Source: Candidatus Uhrbacteria bacterium (GTDB taxonomy: Bacteria; Patescibacteriota; Patescibacteriia; UBA9934). From it: a DNA stretch of 64,000 bases. Below, piece after piece: positions 55,918 to 64,000 of the stretch. The translations under genes were made by a program, and so were the position numbers. The stretch lies in assembly GCA_018673485.1 (NCBI GenBank), contig JABHCP010000002.1, forward strand, positions 1,502-65,501. The letters are read 5' to 3'. Every line of letters begins with the position of its first letter. Within the stretch, counting starts at the first letter, position 1. Under the pieces are notes generated by a model that was given only the letters and a program-made list of their open reading frames with translations, did no database searches and was not told the origin of the DNA.

Positions 55918-56910
55918 ATGAATATTTCATTAGAATTTTTATTGATTGCTGTTGGTTTAGCTGCTTTGGTTTTTGGATCATGGTATTACCAACAAAGGCA
56001 TAAGAAGACGAGCTCAGGGGACGCGCCGCTTTATGTTAAAGACATACTTGCAAAAGCACGCGCTGGAAAGTTGGACCCATTTTTAGGAAGGGAAGATGAG
56101 ATTGAGCGCACAATGCATATTGTGCTTAGAAGGATGAAAAATAATCCGTTGCTCATTGGCCAGCCTGGAGTTGGTAAGACTGCGATTGTGGAAGGTCTTG
56201 CAAATAAGATGGCAGATGGTAGTGCGCCGCAGGGCATTCTTGGCAAGGCATTGCTCGAGCTGGACTTTGTGGGATTGATGTCCGAGACTAAGTATCGTGG
56301 CGAGATGGAAAAACGACTGCGATCTCTAATGAAATATCTGGAGTCATTCAACGGGAACGTTATTTTGTTTATTGACGAGATTCACTTGTTAGAAGAGATA
56401 GGTAGTTCCGAGGGGGCACTTAGTATTACTGATGTGTTGAAGCCAGCTTTGGCCCGTGGAGAGATTCAGGTTATAGGAGCTACAACATGGTCTGAATATG
56501 AGAAGTATATAAAGCCAGATCAGGCACTAGACCGAAGATTGCAGCCCGTGTTAGTTGATGAGCCTTCGTCTGATCAGGCGTTGGAGATCTTGCAAGGACT
56601 TCGCAGTGTTTATGAGGAGTTTCACAATGTTGTAATTAGTGACGCTGCGTTAAAAGCGGCGGTTGAACTGTCTGACAAGAAGATAGAGGAGCGTTATTTG
56701 CCAGATAAGGCGATTGATTTGATCGATGAGGCGTCGGCAAAGGTTTCAATCGAGGCCTCCAGAGCACACAAGGTTCCATTGGGAGTCGTGCACGCAGCGT
56801 CCCATGGCGACAAGGCAAAAGTGGGAGTGAAAGACATTGAAAGCGTTGTTGATCAGTGGGTAATTCATTCAAAGGAAGACAAAAAACGCGATGCCCGTCA
56901 GGACGATTAA
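55918..56910 (+). CDS. Membrane-anchored single-domain ClpA/ClpB-type AAA+ protein
   Basis: N-terminal TM; KNNPLLIGQPGVGKT, FIDEIH, LKPALARG, RYLPDKAIDLIDEA; no second ATPase domain. Confidence 0.88.
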   Translation: MNISLEFLLIAVGLAALVFGSWYYQQRHKKTSSGDAPLYVKDILAKARAGKLDPFLGREDEIERTMHIVLRRMKNNPLLIGQPGVGKTAIVEGLANKMADGSAPQGILGKALLELDFVGLMSETKYRGEMEKRLRSLMKYLESFNGNVILFIDEIHLLEEIGSSEGALSITDVLKPALARGEIQVIGATTWSEYEKYIKPDQALDRRLQPVLVDEPSSDQALEILQGLRSVYEEFHNVVISDAALKAAVELSDKKIEERYLPDKAIDLIDEASAKVSIEASRAHKVPLGVVHAASHGDKAKVGVKDIESVVDQWVIHSKEDKKRDARQDD

Positions 56911-56964
56911 AAAGAACTTCTAACAAAAAACCGCCATTCATACGAAAGGCGGTTTTTTGATTCT

Positions 56965-57606
56965 TTAGTAAGTGATTGTATTTCCGACAATTGGCAGGCT
57001 TCTTATTCCACGAGCTCCACGCATGATACCTCTGTCATCTGACCAAGAGACTGCTGAGGCTATGCTTGGAATGGATACCATTATTGAGTCATCGGAGACA
57101 GCGCTCGCTGCATATGTATCTATGTATAAGCTGAAGGTCTGAGCTGCTCCACCGTTTGGAAGGCGAATCATGCTAGGGAAGGTAGCTCGTGCGAAGGCTA
57201 CGGTCTCAGAGCCAACGCATGGTAAGAGCTCGTCATTAAAGAATTGCCAAGCTCCTGATGCGTCAACGCGATTTCCTCCAGTGTCATAGATTGCCCATTC
57301 TGATGTGCTGCCTAATTGATCACAGGTGTTCCATAGCGATCCAGCGTTGTCTGTTGTATTTATCTCAAACAGAGTTTCGCCTACTTCAATGTTCACGCGC
57401 TGTGGGGCAACGGAATACCTTAGTACCTCGCTGTGTCCTGGGACGCTAACTCCACTCGGTGAGCTAGCTGCAAGCGCGAAAATTGGAACCATGCGGCCTA
57501 AAATGAGCATGAAGCCGGCAGCGGCAATAGCTCCTGCGACTACAGCGACGGCAACTGCCACCGCGACTTTTGTTCGCGTCTTTGTCTTTGTGATTGTCAT
57601 TGTCAT
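56965..57606 (-). CDS. Hypothetical membrane-anchored protein
   Basis: Low-complexity (VA)n TM segment followed by beta-rich domain. Confidence 0.7.
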   Translation of the reverse strand: MTMTITKTKTRTKVAVAVAVAVVAGAIAAAGFMLILGRMVPIFALAASSPSGVSVPGHSEVLRYSVAPQRVNIEVGETLFEINTTDNAGSLWNTCDQLGSTSEWAIYDTGGNRVDASGAWQFFNDELLPCVGSETVAFARATFPSMIRLPNGGAAQTFSLYIDTYAASAVSDDSIMVSIPSIASAVSWSDDRGIMRGARGIRSLPIVGNTITY

Positions 57607-57700
57607 AGTAAAGATATTTATTAATGAATACATTATAGCATCACTATGTTGGCGATGTATATTCATTGCAAAAAACCGCCTTTCATACGATTGGCGGTTT

Positions 57701-59143
57701 TTATATTTGAGTTTTTATATATTCCTGTGCTTGGGGTCTAGTTTGAATTTTGTTTACTAGTTGCAGGTCGCGAACTTTGTCGAGTAAGTCGCGGAAGTGT
57801 ATTCCGGGTTCAAGTCCGAGTTCGATTAGATCTTTTCCAGAGACAAGTTTTGGATAGCACTGCGAGCAGTAGTGGTCGTATAGTCGCTTTGCGTTGTGGA
57901 TCCTCTCTGATGTCGCTGAGTGTGCACCTTTAACTAGTTCGATTGCGTGGATGAAGGCTAATAGCTGCTGACCCTTTTGTGTGCAGAACATTTTTTCAAA
58001 AGCACTTGGGCGCATTCCGGCTGGATCTTCAGTTTCAAGAATGTGTCTGTTGTCCAAAAGCCATGCGACAACATCACAATCAATCCGTGCCCAGTGGTTT
58101 GTAGGGAATTGATGTAAATACAATTGTCGACATAGGTGAAGCGCGTGCTCGTGCTCGTCTGAAAATACACTTAGTGCGGCAATTAGAGCATTGGGGTGAA
58201 TCTTGTCGAGTTTGTGACGGGCTAAAAAGCTTGGTCGGTGCAACATGTGCAGTAGGTCTTTTGTTTTTTCAAAAGCATTACTGTTGTCGTCGAGCGTGAT
58301 TGTTTTCTGCTCATGCAACCAAGGTATGAAAAGTTCGATTGCGCCTGCTTCGTCCCAAAGGTTGAGCGTGTGAACGGGGTGGGATATAAATCCAAGCAAG
58401 AATTCCTTACCAATTGCATCACGTGGAATTACATATTTAAAAGTACCATCGTCAGTCACTACTTTGTTATTCAAGACGTCCAGGTTATTACAAATCGCTG
58501 ACCAAGTTTCTTGTTCAATTCCAAACCTGAGTTGAGACGCAAACCTGAGCCCTCGTAATATTCGAGTAGCATCCTCGTAGAAGCGAGCCTCAGGGGAGAG
58601 CACGGTCCTGATTAATTGGTGTCCTAAATCCTGCATTCCATTGTGTGGATCGATGAGTTCACGAGATTGAATATCAAACGCAATTGCATTAATTGTATAG
58701 TCGCGACGTGAAAGATCTTCTTTGATTGATAATCTAAAGTCGGTTTCAACTACCTGATCTTTGCGACCGCTTCGGTGTTCATCTGCAATCTGTTCAGTTC
58801 GAGGCAGAGCGATGTCGATTGGCTGCATGTCGCGACATCCGTGTGGAGTGAACTTGAATGTTCCAAATCGTTCTCCTACAAAACGCACTGCACCTTGGCG
58901 TGAGAGCCACCGCTCAATTGTTTTTGCAGGAACACCTCGCACAACAAGATCAACGTCTTCAGGACTAGATCCTAAAAGAACATCACGAACAGTTCCACCG
59001 ACTAAATAGATTTGTGCCTCAGGGTGATCGCTTAAAAACAAAGATGTCCACGTCAGGCGCGGTTCAGACTCAACAAAATTAGCAACGCGAAATTCAGGCG
59101 CTGCGGATTTATGAGCATAGTGAATAAGTAATCCTCCGATCAT
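57701..59143 (-). CDS. CCA-adding enzyme / poly(A) polymerase family nucleotidyltransferase
   Basis: VGGTVRD, DVD, DLSRRDYTINA, EDATRILRGLRF. Confidence 0.92.
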   Translation of the reverse strand: MIGGLLIHYAHKSAAPEFRVANFVESEPRLTWTSLFLSDHPEAQIYLVGGTVRDVLLGSSPEDVDLVVRGVPAKTIERWLSRQGAVRFVGERFGTFKFTPHGCRDMQPIDIALPRTEQIADEHRSGRKDQVVETDFRLSIKEDLSRRDYTINAIAFDIQSRELIDPHNGMQDLGHQLIRTVLSPEARFYEDATRILRGLRFASQLRFGIEQETWSAICNNLDVLNNKVVTDDGTFKYVIPRDAIGKEFLLGFISHPVHTLNLWDEAGAIELFIPWLHEQKTITLDDNSNAFEKTKDLLHMLHRPSFLARHKLDKIHPNALIAALSVFSDEHEHALHLCRQLYLHQFPTNHWARIDCDVVAWLLDNRHILETEDPAGMRPSAFEKMFCTQKGQQLLAFIHAIELVKGAHSATSERIHNAKRLYDHYCSQCYPKLVSGKDLIELGLEPGIHFRDLLDKVRDLQLVNKIQTRPQAQEYIKTQI

Positions 59144-59195
59144 GGAAATATTATATCAAAAGTATTCAGTATGCAGTAGGCAGTATACAGTTTTT

Positions 59196-59292
59196 GTCCC
59201 CCTCCTTTTTACCCTTCAATATAACTCAGGGTACCCTGAGCGAAGTCGAATGGGTAAGGAGGGGCCAGGGGTGGTTATAATATAGCTTCAAT
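59196..59292. repeat. CCCCTCCTT-n-AAGGAGGGG element with nested 45-bp insertion
   Basis: Empty copy at 22638-22689; insertion 59211-59255 flanked by TA. Confidence 0.8.
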
Positions 59293-59408
59293 CTTTCGAG
59301 TTAAAAAGCAAACGACCCTGAACCGTAGTGATTCAGGGCGCGGCCGCACCCGACGAATTCGGGGGCGGTTGGAGATGTAGTCAAATTGGGATTACGGATT
59401 TGGCATGA

Positions 59409-59666
59409 CTAGTTCTGGTCATGTCGCACCATGTCCAGAAATTCATCAATTGTCAAATTGGTATTGATTTTATCGCTTTCAAAATCTAAGTCGTGTACTC
59501 TCTCCAATTCGAAAGTGATCTCTACAAAATGAAGGCTATCTATGCTCAGTGAGGCGAGTGATAGCGAGGTGTTGATCTTGGACCACTCGTCAGGATCCAG
59601 AAAGCCCCTGATCTTGAGAGATTGACAAACTTCACAAAAGATACGAAAGAGCTGCTTGCGATCCAT
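59409..59666 (-). CDS. Acyl carrier protein-like (intact DSL motif)
   Basis: LSIDSLHFVEITFELE...LTIDEFLD; GGAGG SD. Confidence 0.75.
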   Translation of the reverse strand: MDRKQLFRIFCEVCQSLKIRGFLDPDEWSKINTSLSLASLSIDSLHFVEITFELERVHDLDFESDKINTNLTIDEFLDMVRHDQN

Positions 59667-59808
59667 ACTTCCTCCAGGAGTAGTTCATGTAAGTCGGATA
59701 TCGACTAACAAGTACACCCATGTTTTATATCCTATGCGTGGGTTTGTCAAAAGCATAGCGACCGTACCCGAGTGGTGGGAGCGGTATGAGAGGTTTAAGG
59801 CGTAGCTA

Positions 59809-60090
59809 CTAGTCCTTGGTGTGTTCTGGTGTCGTGGCAAGCTCTGCTATCACCTTATCGGCAAGCTCATCGAGAGTGTTCGCAGGTGTGACCTCAAGTC
59901 GAACCTCATAGTCGTGGTCGATCTCATCGAGTACTTCTTCGAGGTCGAGACGCAGATCGTCAGGGTCTTCATTGTCCATGATGTTGTCGAGCCTTTCGTT
60001 GGCTCGCAAGACCAGGTTGCCAGAGGTAAACCCGAGACTGGTGATCATGCCAGCGATCGCCCTGAGAACTTCTTCACGCGTATGTTTCAT
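59809..60090 (-). CDS. Degenerate ACP-like protein (no Ser attachment motif)
   Basis: Acidic 93 aa; IDHDYEVRL..TPANTLDELAD resembles ACP helices II-IV; GGAGG SD. Confidence 0.55.
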   Translation of the reverse strand: MKHTREEVLRAIAGMITSLGFTSGNLVLRANERLDNIMDNEDPDDLRLDLEEVLDEIDHDYEVRLEVTPANTLDELADKVIAELATTPEHTKD

Positions 60091-60248
60091 GATTCCTCCG
60101 AGGTTTGATGTATGTCGGTCAGATTTTGACCTGCAGTCACGTCAAGGTTTTATCGCGATAATTAAAGTTTGTCAAAAAGCACAAACCCTGAACCATTACG
60201 ATTCAGGGCGCGACCGCACTTGGAGTACCAGGTGCGGCGTGAGACGGG

Positions 60249-60860
60249 TTATTGGAAGATGAGTCTGAACACTTCGTCAACGAGTTCGTTGATTGTGTTG
60301 CTTGGCGTGATGCCTTCAAGCGAAATTCCGAACCCTTCAGCAGTTTTATCGATTATTCCCTGGAATTTATCATCGGGAATTCCAATCTGTTGGAGCGTGC
60401 AATGCCTATCTTCCATCGTAAGAGTTCTATCGAGTAGGGTTACAAAATTGCATACTGCCAAGATGCTATCAGACACATGTACGCGTGTGATGCCTTCTTC
60501 AAGGAGTTCGGGGTCACTCTTGGATTGAGCTATAGATATGTCAGTCCATTGCCCGATAGCTTGCTCAGAGCTCAATTCAGGATCGCTGTCACCTTCGTTT
60601 TCGATTTCATCTGAATCTTTTGGCCTAGGGCTATAATCCAAGACCAGACCGACAAGTTGATTGAGCGTGAAATCGAGCGTTAGGCCTCTGATGCGCAGCT
60701 CAAAGTCATTATGAATGTATCTGGTAATAGCTTTCAAGGCATCTGTATCGATGCCAAGTTCTTCCAAAGTTCTATCCCCATCATGCGCTTCAATTGATTT
60801 GGTGGAATGAGTGATTTCAATGTGAAGCGCGATCTCCTCGAATAGATCTCCATGCGTCAT
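60249..60860 (-). CDS. Tandem two-domain degenerate ACP-like protein
   Basis: TLEELGIDT...FTLNQLV and TLQQIGIPD...NTINELV repeats; GGAGG SD. Confidence 0.6.
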   Translation of the reverse strand: MTHGDLFEEIALHIEITHSTKSIEAHDGDRTLEELGIDTDALKAITRYIHNDFELRIRGLTLDFTLNQLVGLVLDYSPRPKDSDEIENEGDSDPELSSEQAIGQWTDISIAQSKSDPELLEEGITRVHVSDSILAVCNFVTLLDRTLTMEDRHCTLQQIGIPDDKFQGIIDKTAEGFGISLEGITPSNTINELVDEVFRLIFQ

Positions 60861-61042
60861 GATTCCTCCACGATGCTGTTGAGTGATTTGGAAGTCGAAC
60901 TATAAACACCCCCATGTTTTATCGCTTACGTGCGAGTTTGTCAAAATATTGACTATTACTAGGTGATATCGTAAGTTAATTGTGCTAGTCGGAAAAGTAC
61001 TTTTGCATTTCCGCAGAGCACAGAACTAGCTTGGGAGAAGAG

Positions 61043-61669
61043 ATGGATAACGAGCAAGAAGAAAGGTTTATTGAATTTTTGGAAGCTCTTGCGCGCCGTG
61101 TTGATGTCAACTTGTTGGATCCAAGAGTGCTTGAGATCGTAATGCTCGACCCTGAGCGTGTAGCTGTTCAGCTCATTGATTTCATCAATCGCGGTTGTTG
61201 GCGGGGCATCATCCGCAGACATACGGTCACAATCGGCCGGTATGGGGGTGCGCAGCGAGCGGAGTTGGAGTTGTCCCGAACGTGCGAAGTCACGTCATAC
61301 GCTCGTAGCATGATGGAGCTAATGGAGTTCGCGCAGGAAGAGCGCACTTTGCATATTCTCGAGGTATCGGTTGAGGCTCTTGGTTTTCCGTTGGGTATCA
61401 CACATCGTGAGTCTTGCAGGATGGCTCATAATCATGGGTGGCTTATGTGCCCGGCTGAGGCTGCTCTTGTCGTGCGAGCTCAGTGCCTAAATCAGTGCAC
61501 AGGCGTCAACATCTTTCCGGTTATGAACAAAATCCACTACCGCCAACAAGGTCACAGTGTGTTCCAGTTGCTGCATAAACGTGGTCATCGCCCCATGTTG
61601 CATGCCAATACTGCAAGGAGTCATGATCGAACTTTAGGCTCTGCTCGACTACTGTTCCTCGAGCCATAA
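61043..61669 (+). CDS. Hypothetical protein (cassette cargo)
   Basis: GGGAG SD, TTGACT-17-TAAGTT promoter back-to-back with ACP-array promoter, 3' hairpin near 61695-61718. Confidence 0.65.
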   Translation: MDNEQEERFIEFLEALARRVDVNLLDPRVLEIVMLDPERVAVQLIDFINRGCWRGIIRRHTVTIGRYGGAQRAELELSRTCEVTSYARSMMELMEFAQEERTLHILEVSVEALGFPLGITHRESCRMAHNHGWLMCPAEAALVVRAQCLNQCTGVNIFPVMNKIHYRQQGHSVFQLLHKRGHRPMLHANTARSHDRTLGSARLLFLEP

Positions 61670-61756
61670 TCAACTCACTTACTTGTTATTACGTACGCGC
61701 CGCCTCTAAGCGGTGCGTTGTGCCATTTAAAAAGTCCAACATCGGATGTTGGACTT

Positions 61757-62902
61757 TTATGCTGTGAGGCCTTTAATGGTTGTTCGTAAGTGTGTGATGA
61801 GTTGCTTTTCTGCTTTTACGATGTCTTTCTGGCGGATTTGAAGTTTGGATTCTTCGCGTGTTCCAGCAGCACGGAACGGAGCTCCGAGCATGAGGGCATC
61901 ATACGGGCGGCGGGCGTGCATTATGGACGCTGTGTATCCTTCGGGGTGCTCGTATAGTACGCAGGCGACTTGCGCCTCAGGTGCGCTCATCATTAGTTCT
62001 TCGATAATATTTTCGAGCGCTGATTCGTCCGATCCTGAGTTTGTGAAATCTTGTTTTGTAAGCAGCGTCCAAACAATGTTGTGTTGATTGTCTGATTTTA
62101 GTCGAGCCAGCGCTCGTCCCCAGAGGCGTAGAGTTTCAACTGATCGAGTCTTATAAAGTTTTTCAACAATCTCATCGCGTCGCGCTCCTTTGGTAATTAG
62201 GTCGCCGGCGATCTTTAGAGTTCTAGGTGAAACATTCTCTGTTCTAAAGCTTCGAGTCTTGTAGATCATTCCGGTTAAGAACAAGGTCGCGATTTCCTCA
62301 TCCACCAATCCTTCATCAATGCGCATGAAAGTGTCATAGCAAATCTCGGAACACGAGACAGCGCTCATGTCTACAAGATTCACCTGACCAAAATGTTCAT
62401 TAGCACTATTGTGATCAATGTTGATGATTGGAGTTTGGTGAAAGAAGTCACCGTAGTTTTCAAAAAGTGGACCAAAGGTCTCAAGCTCAGCCGCACCGAT
62501 TGAAATGATCAAATCATGCTTGTAACTGTGTGCATCGACTTTAACATCTTCCAAGTTCCAGTTTCCAGACTTTGGTAATAGATGAATATGAAGCTCTTCA
62601 CCCTCCATATTATATGAAAGCTCATCAACCTTGGCTTGCTTGGCATTAACTCGAAGAGTGAGCTTCCGAATATTTTGAATGTCACCCCGCACAGCTGAAG
62701 GGGCTTTAATAAAAGAAAGAGATTTCGGAATGTTGGCACCCGGGCTAACGATCTCCACGGGTTTGTCGAGTTTTTGCAGTAGTGCGCATACGCCAAAAGC
62801 GGATGCAAAATCATCCGCGTTTGCTCCATGGCTTAACAAAATTACCGGTCGTTTAGACCGCTCAAGCATGGTGAAAAATTGTTCGTGGCTGGTATAAGCC
62901 AT
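61757..62902 (-). CDS. DHH/NrnA-like phosphoesterase with divergent motifs
   Basis: Motif order of DHH family retained (NADD, INIDHN, TGM..T..F) with substitutions. Confidence 0.8.
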   Translation of the reverse strand: MAYTSHEQFFTMLERSKRPVILLSHGANADDFASAFGVCALLQKLDKPVEIVSPGANIPKSLSFIKAPSAVRGDIQNIRKLTLRVNAKQAKVDELSYNMEGEELHIHLLPKSGNWNLEDVKVDAHSYKHDLIISIGAAELETFGPLFENYGDFFHQTPIINIDHNSANEHFGQVNLVDMSAVSCSEICYDTFMRIDEGLVDEEIATLFLTGMIYKTRSFRTENVSPRTLKIAGDLITKGARRDEIVEKLYKTRSVETLRLWGRALARLKSDNQHNIVWTLLTKQDFTNSGSDESALENIIEELMMSAPEAQVACVLYEHPEGYTASIMHARRPYDALMLGAPFRAAGTREESKLQIRQKDIVKAEKQLITHLRTTIKGLTA

Positions 62903-63068
62903 GCTATTTTTCAAATTTATTAATCTCTCCTCCGTCTGATTGCTATGACAAGCCGCTTTCCCAAATTGGGACAAGAAAGGATATTACAACGGCCCTGAAA
63001 TGCTGTCAAGAGTTCTGACCCCAGTTTCATTGATTTAAGAGCATAATTCGGATAAACTAGGTTTACAT

Positions 63069-64000
63069 ATGACAGAAGAACTTTTACCAAAAGCCTACGA
63101 TTCGACGGCTGTTGAAGATAACATTTACTCAGCTTGGATGGAAAGCGGTTATTTTACGCCTGAAAACCTACCAAACTTGGACGATCGCAAGGAAAGCTAC
63201 TGCATCTCACTTCCACCACCAAACGTGACTGGAACCCTGCATACTGGCCATGCTGTGATGCTTGCCATCCAAGACGCAATGATTCGTTATGCTCGAATGA
63301 GCGGAAAGCGTACTCTTTGGGTTCCTGGAACGGACCATGCAGCGATTGCTACAAACTCGAAAGTGGAGAAGATCCTCATGAAGGAGGAGGGAAAGACTCG
63401 ACATGATTTAGGGCGAGAGAAATTCTTAGAACGAGTTCACGAGTTTGCAAATAAGAGTCATGACATAATTGTGAACCAGATGAAGAAGATGGGAGTTTCC
63501 ATCGACTGGACCCGTGAGGCTTATACAATTGACGAGCAGAGAAGTCTTGCTGTGCGCACTGCATTTAAGCGCATGTACGATGATGGGTTAATTTATCAAG
63601 GACACAGAGTTGTTAATTGGTGCCCTCGATGTCATTCAACATTGGCAGATGATGAAGTTGAGTATAGCGAGGAGAATGGAAAATTATATTGGATAAAGTA
63701 CGGTCCTTTTGTGTTGGCGACTGCACGACCCGAGACTAAGTTAGGGGACACCGCCGTTGCAGTTCATCCAAGCGATGAGCGATATAAAGATATGGTAGGG
63801 AAGCAGTATATGATTCCTGGTGTTTTGGGTGAGTTTGAAATTACCGTTGTTGCTGACAGATCAGTAGATCCTGAGTTTGGATCAGGAGCTGTAAAGGTGA
63901 CTCCTGCCCATAGCTTTACTGATAGTGAAACGGCACAGCGTCATGGAATTGGGATGAAGCAAATTATCGATGAAGATGGGCGCATGATGGACAATTGTGG
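63069..64000 (+). CDS. valS: Valine--tRNA ligase (3'-truncated by window edge)
   Basis: Own translation: LPKAYD, PPPNVTGTLHTGH, PGTDHAAIAT, VNWCPRC, ATARPET, GSGAVKVTPAH. Confidence 0.96.
   Translation, partial: MTEELLPKAYDSTAVEDNIYSAWMESGYFTPENLPNLDDRKESYCISLPPPNVTGTLHTGHAVMLAIQDAMIRYARMSGKRTLWVPGTDHAAIATNSKVEKILMKEEGKTRHDLGREKFLERVHEFANKSHDIIVNQMKKMGVSIDWTREAYTIDEQRSLAVRTAFKRMYDDGLIYQGHRVVNWCPRCHSTLADDEVEYSEENGKLYWIKYGPFVLATARPETKLGDTAVAVHPSDERYKDMVGKQYMIPGVLGEFEITVVADRSVDPEFGSGAVKVTPAHSFTDSETAQRHGIGMKQIIDEDGRMMDNC

Noticed and set aside
1-64000. Alternative genetic code (TGA=Gly, code 25)
   Set aside because: All conserved genes are full length in code 11 and some end at TGA (e.g. 25585, 14895)

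Overview
Bacterial chromosome window read in genetic code 11. Gene content (split transketolase, DUF2090, DUF4012, Cys-rich pilin-like protein, FemAB-type ligase) and AT-rich starts without Shine-Dalgarno (SD) motifs suggest a Patescibacteria/CPR (Parcubacteria-like) organism; this is inference. The backbone holds ileS, trpS, valS (partial), rnj, uvrA, ruvA, rplS, secG, cmk, arfB, two pseudouridine synthases, a sugar-phosphate cluster, an exopolysaccharide glycosyltransferase cluster, RNase P RNA and four tRNA/tRNA-like genes. The most unusual signal is a dispersed family of about 15 GC-richer, self-contained transcription cassettes (TTGACN promoter, strong GGAG/GGAGG SD, ORFan cargo, GC hairpin with an RCTTT tail). 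They stack head-to-tail in arrays: three divergent beta-rich paralogs, three acyl-carrier-protein-like genes, and two ORF-poor, highly structured 400-500 nt candidate ncRNAs at 25.7-26.7 kb. Other notable items are an atypical tRNA with an Ala-identity acceptor and an antisense leader, a tRNA-Ile with UAU anticodon, an Ile-rich leader-peptide attenuator before ileS, and nested palindromic mini-elements, two of them sitting in frame inside proteins. No integrase, transposase or CRISPR array was seen. All family calls are by eye from motifs; no database was searched.
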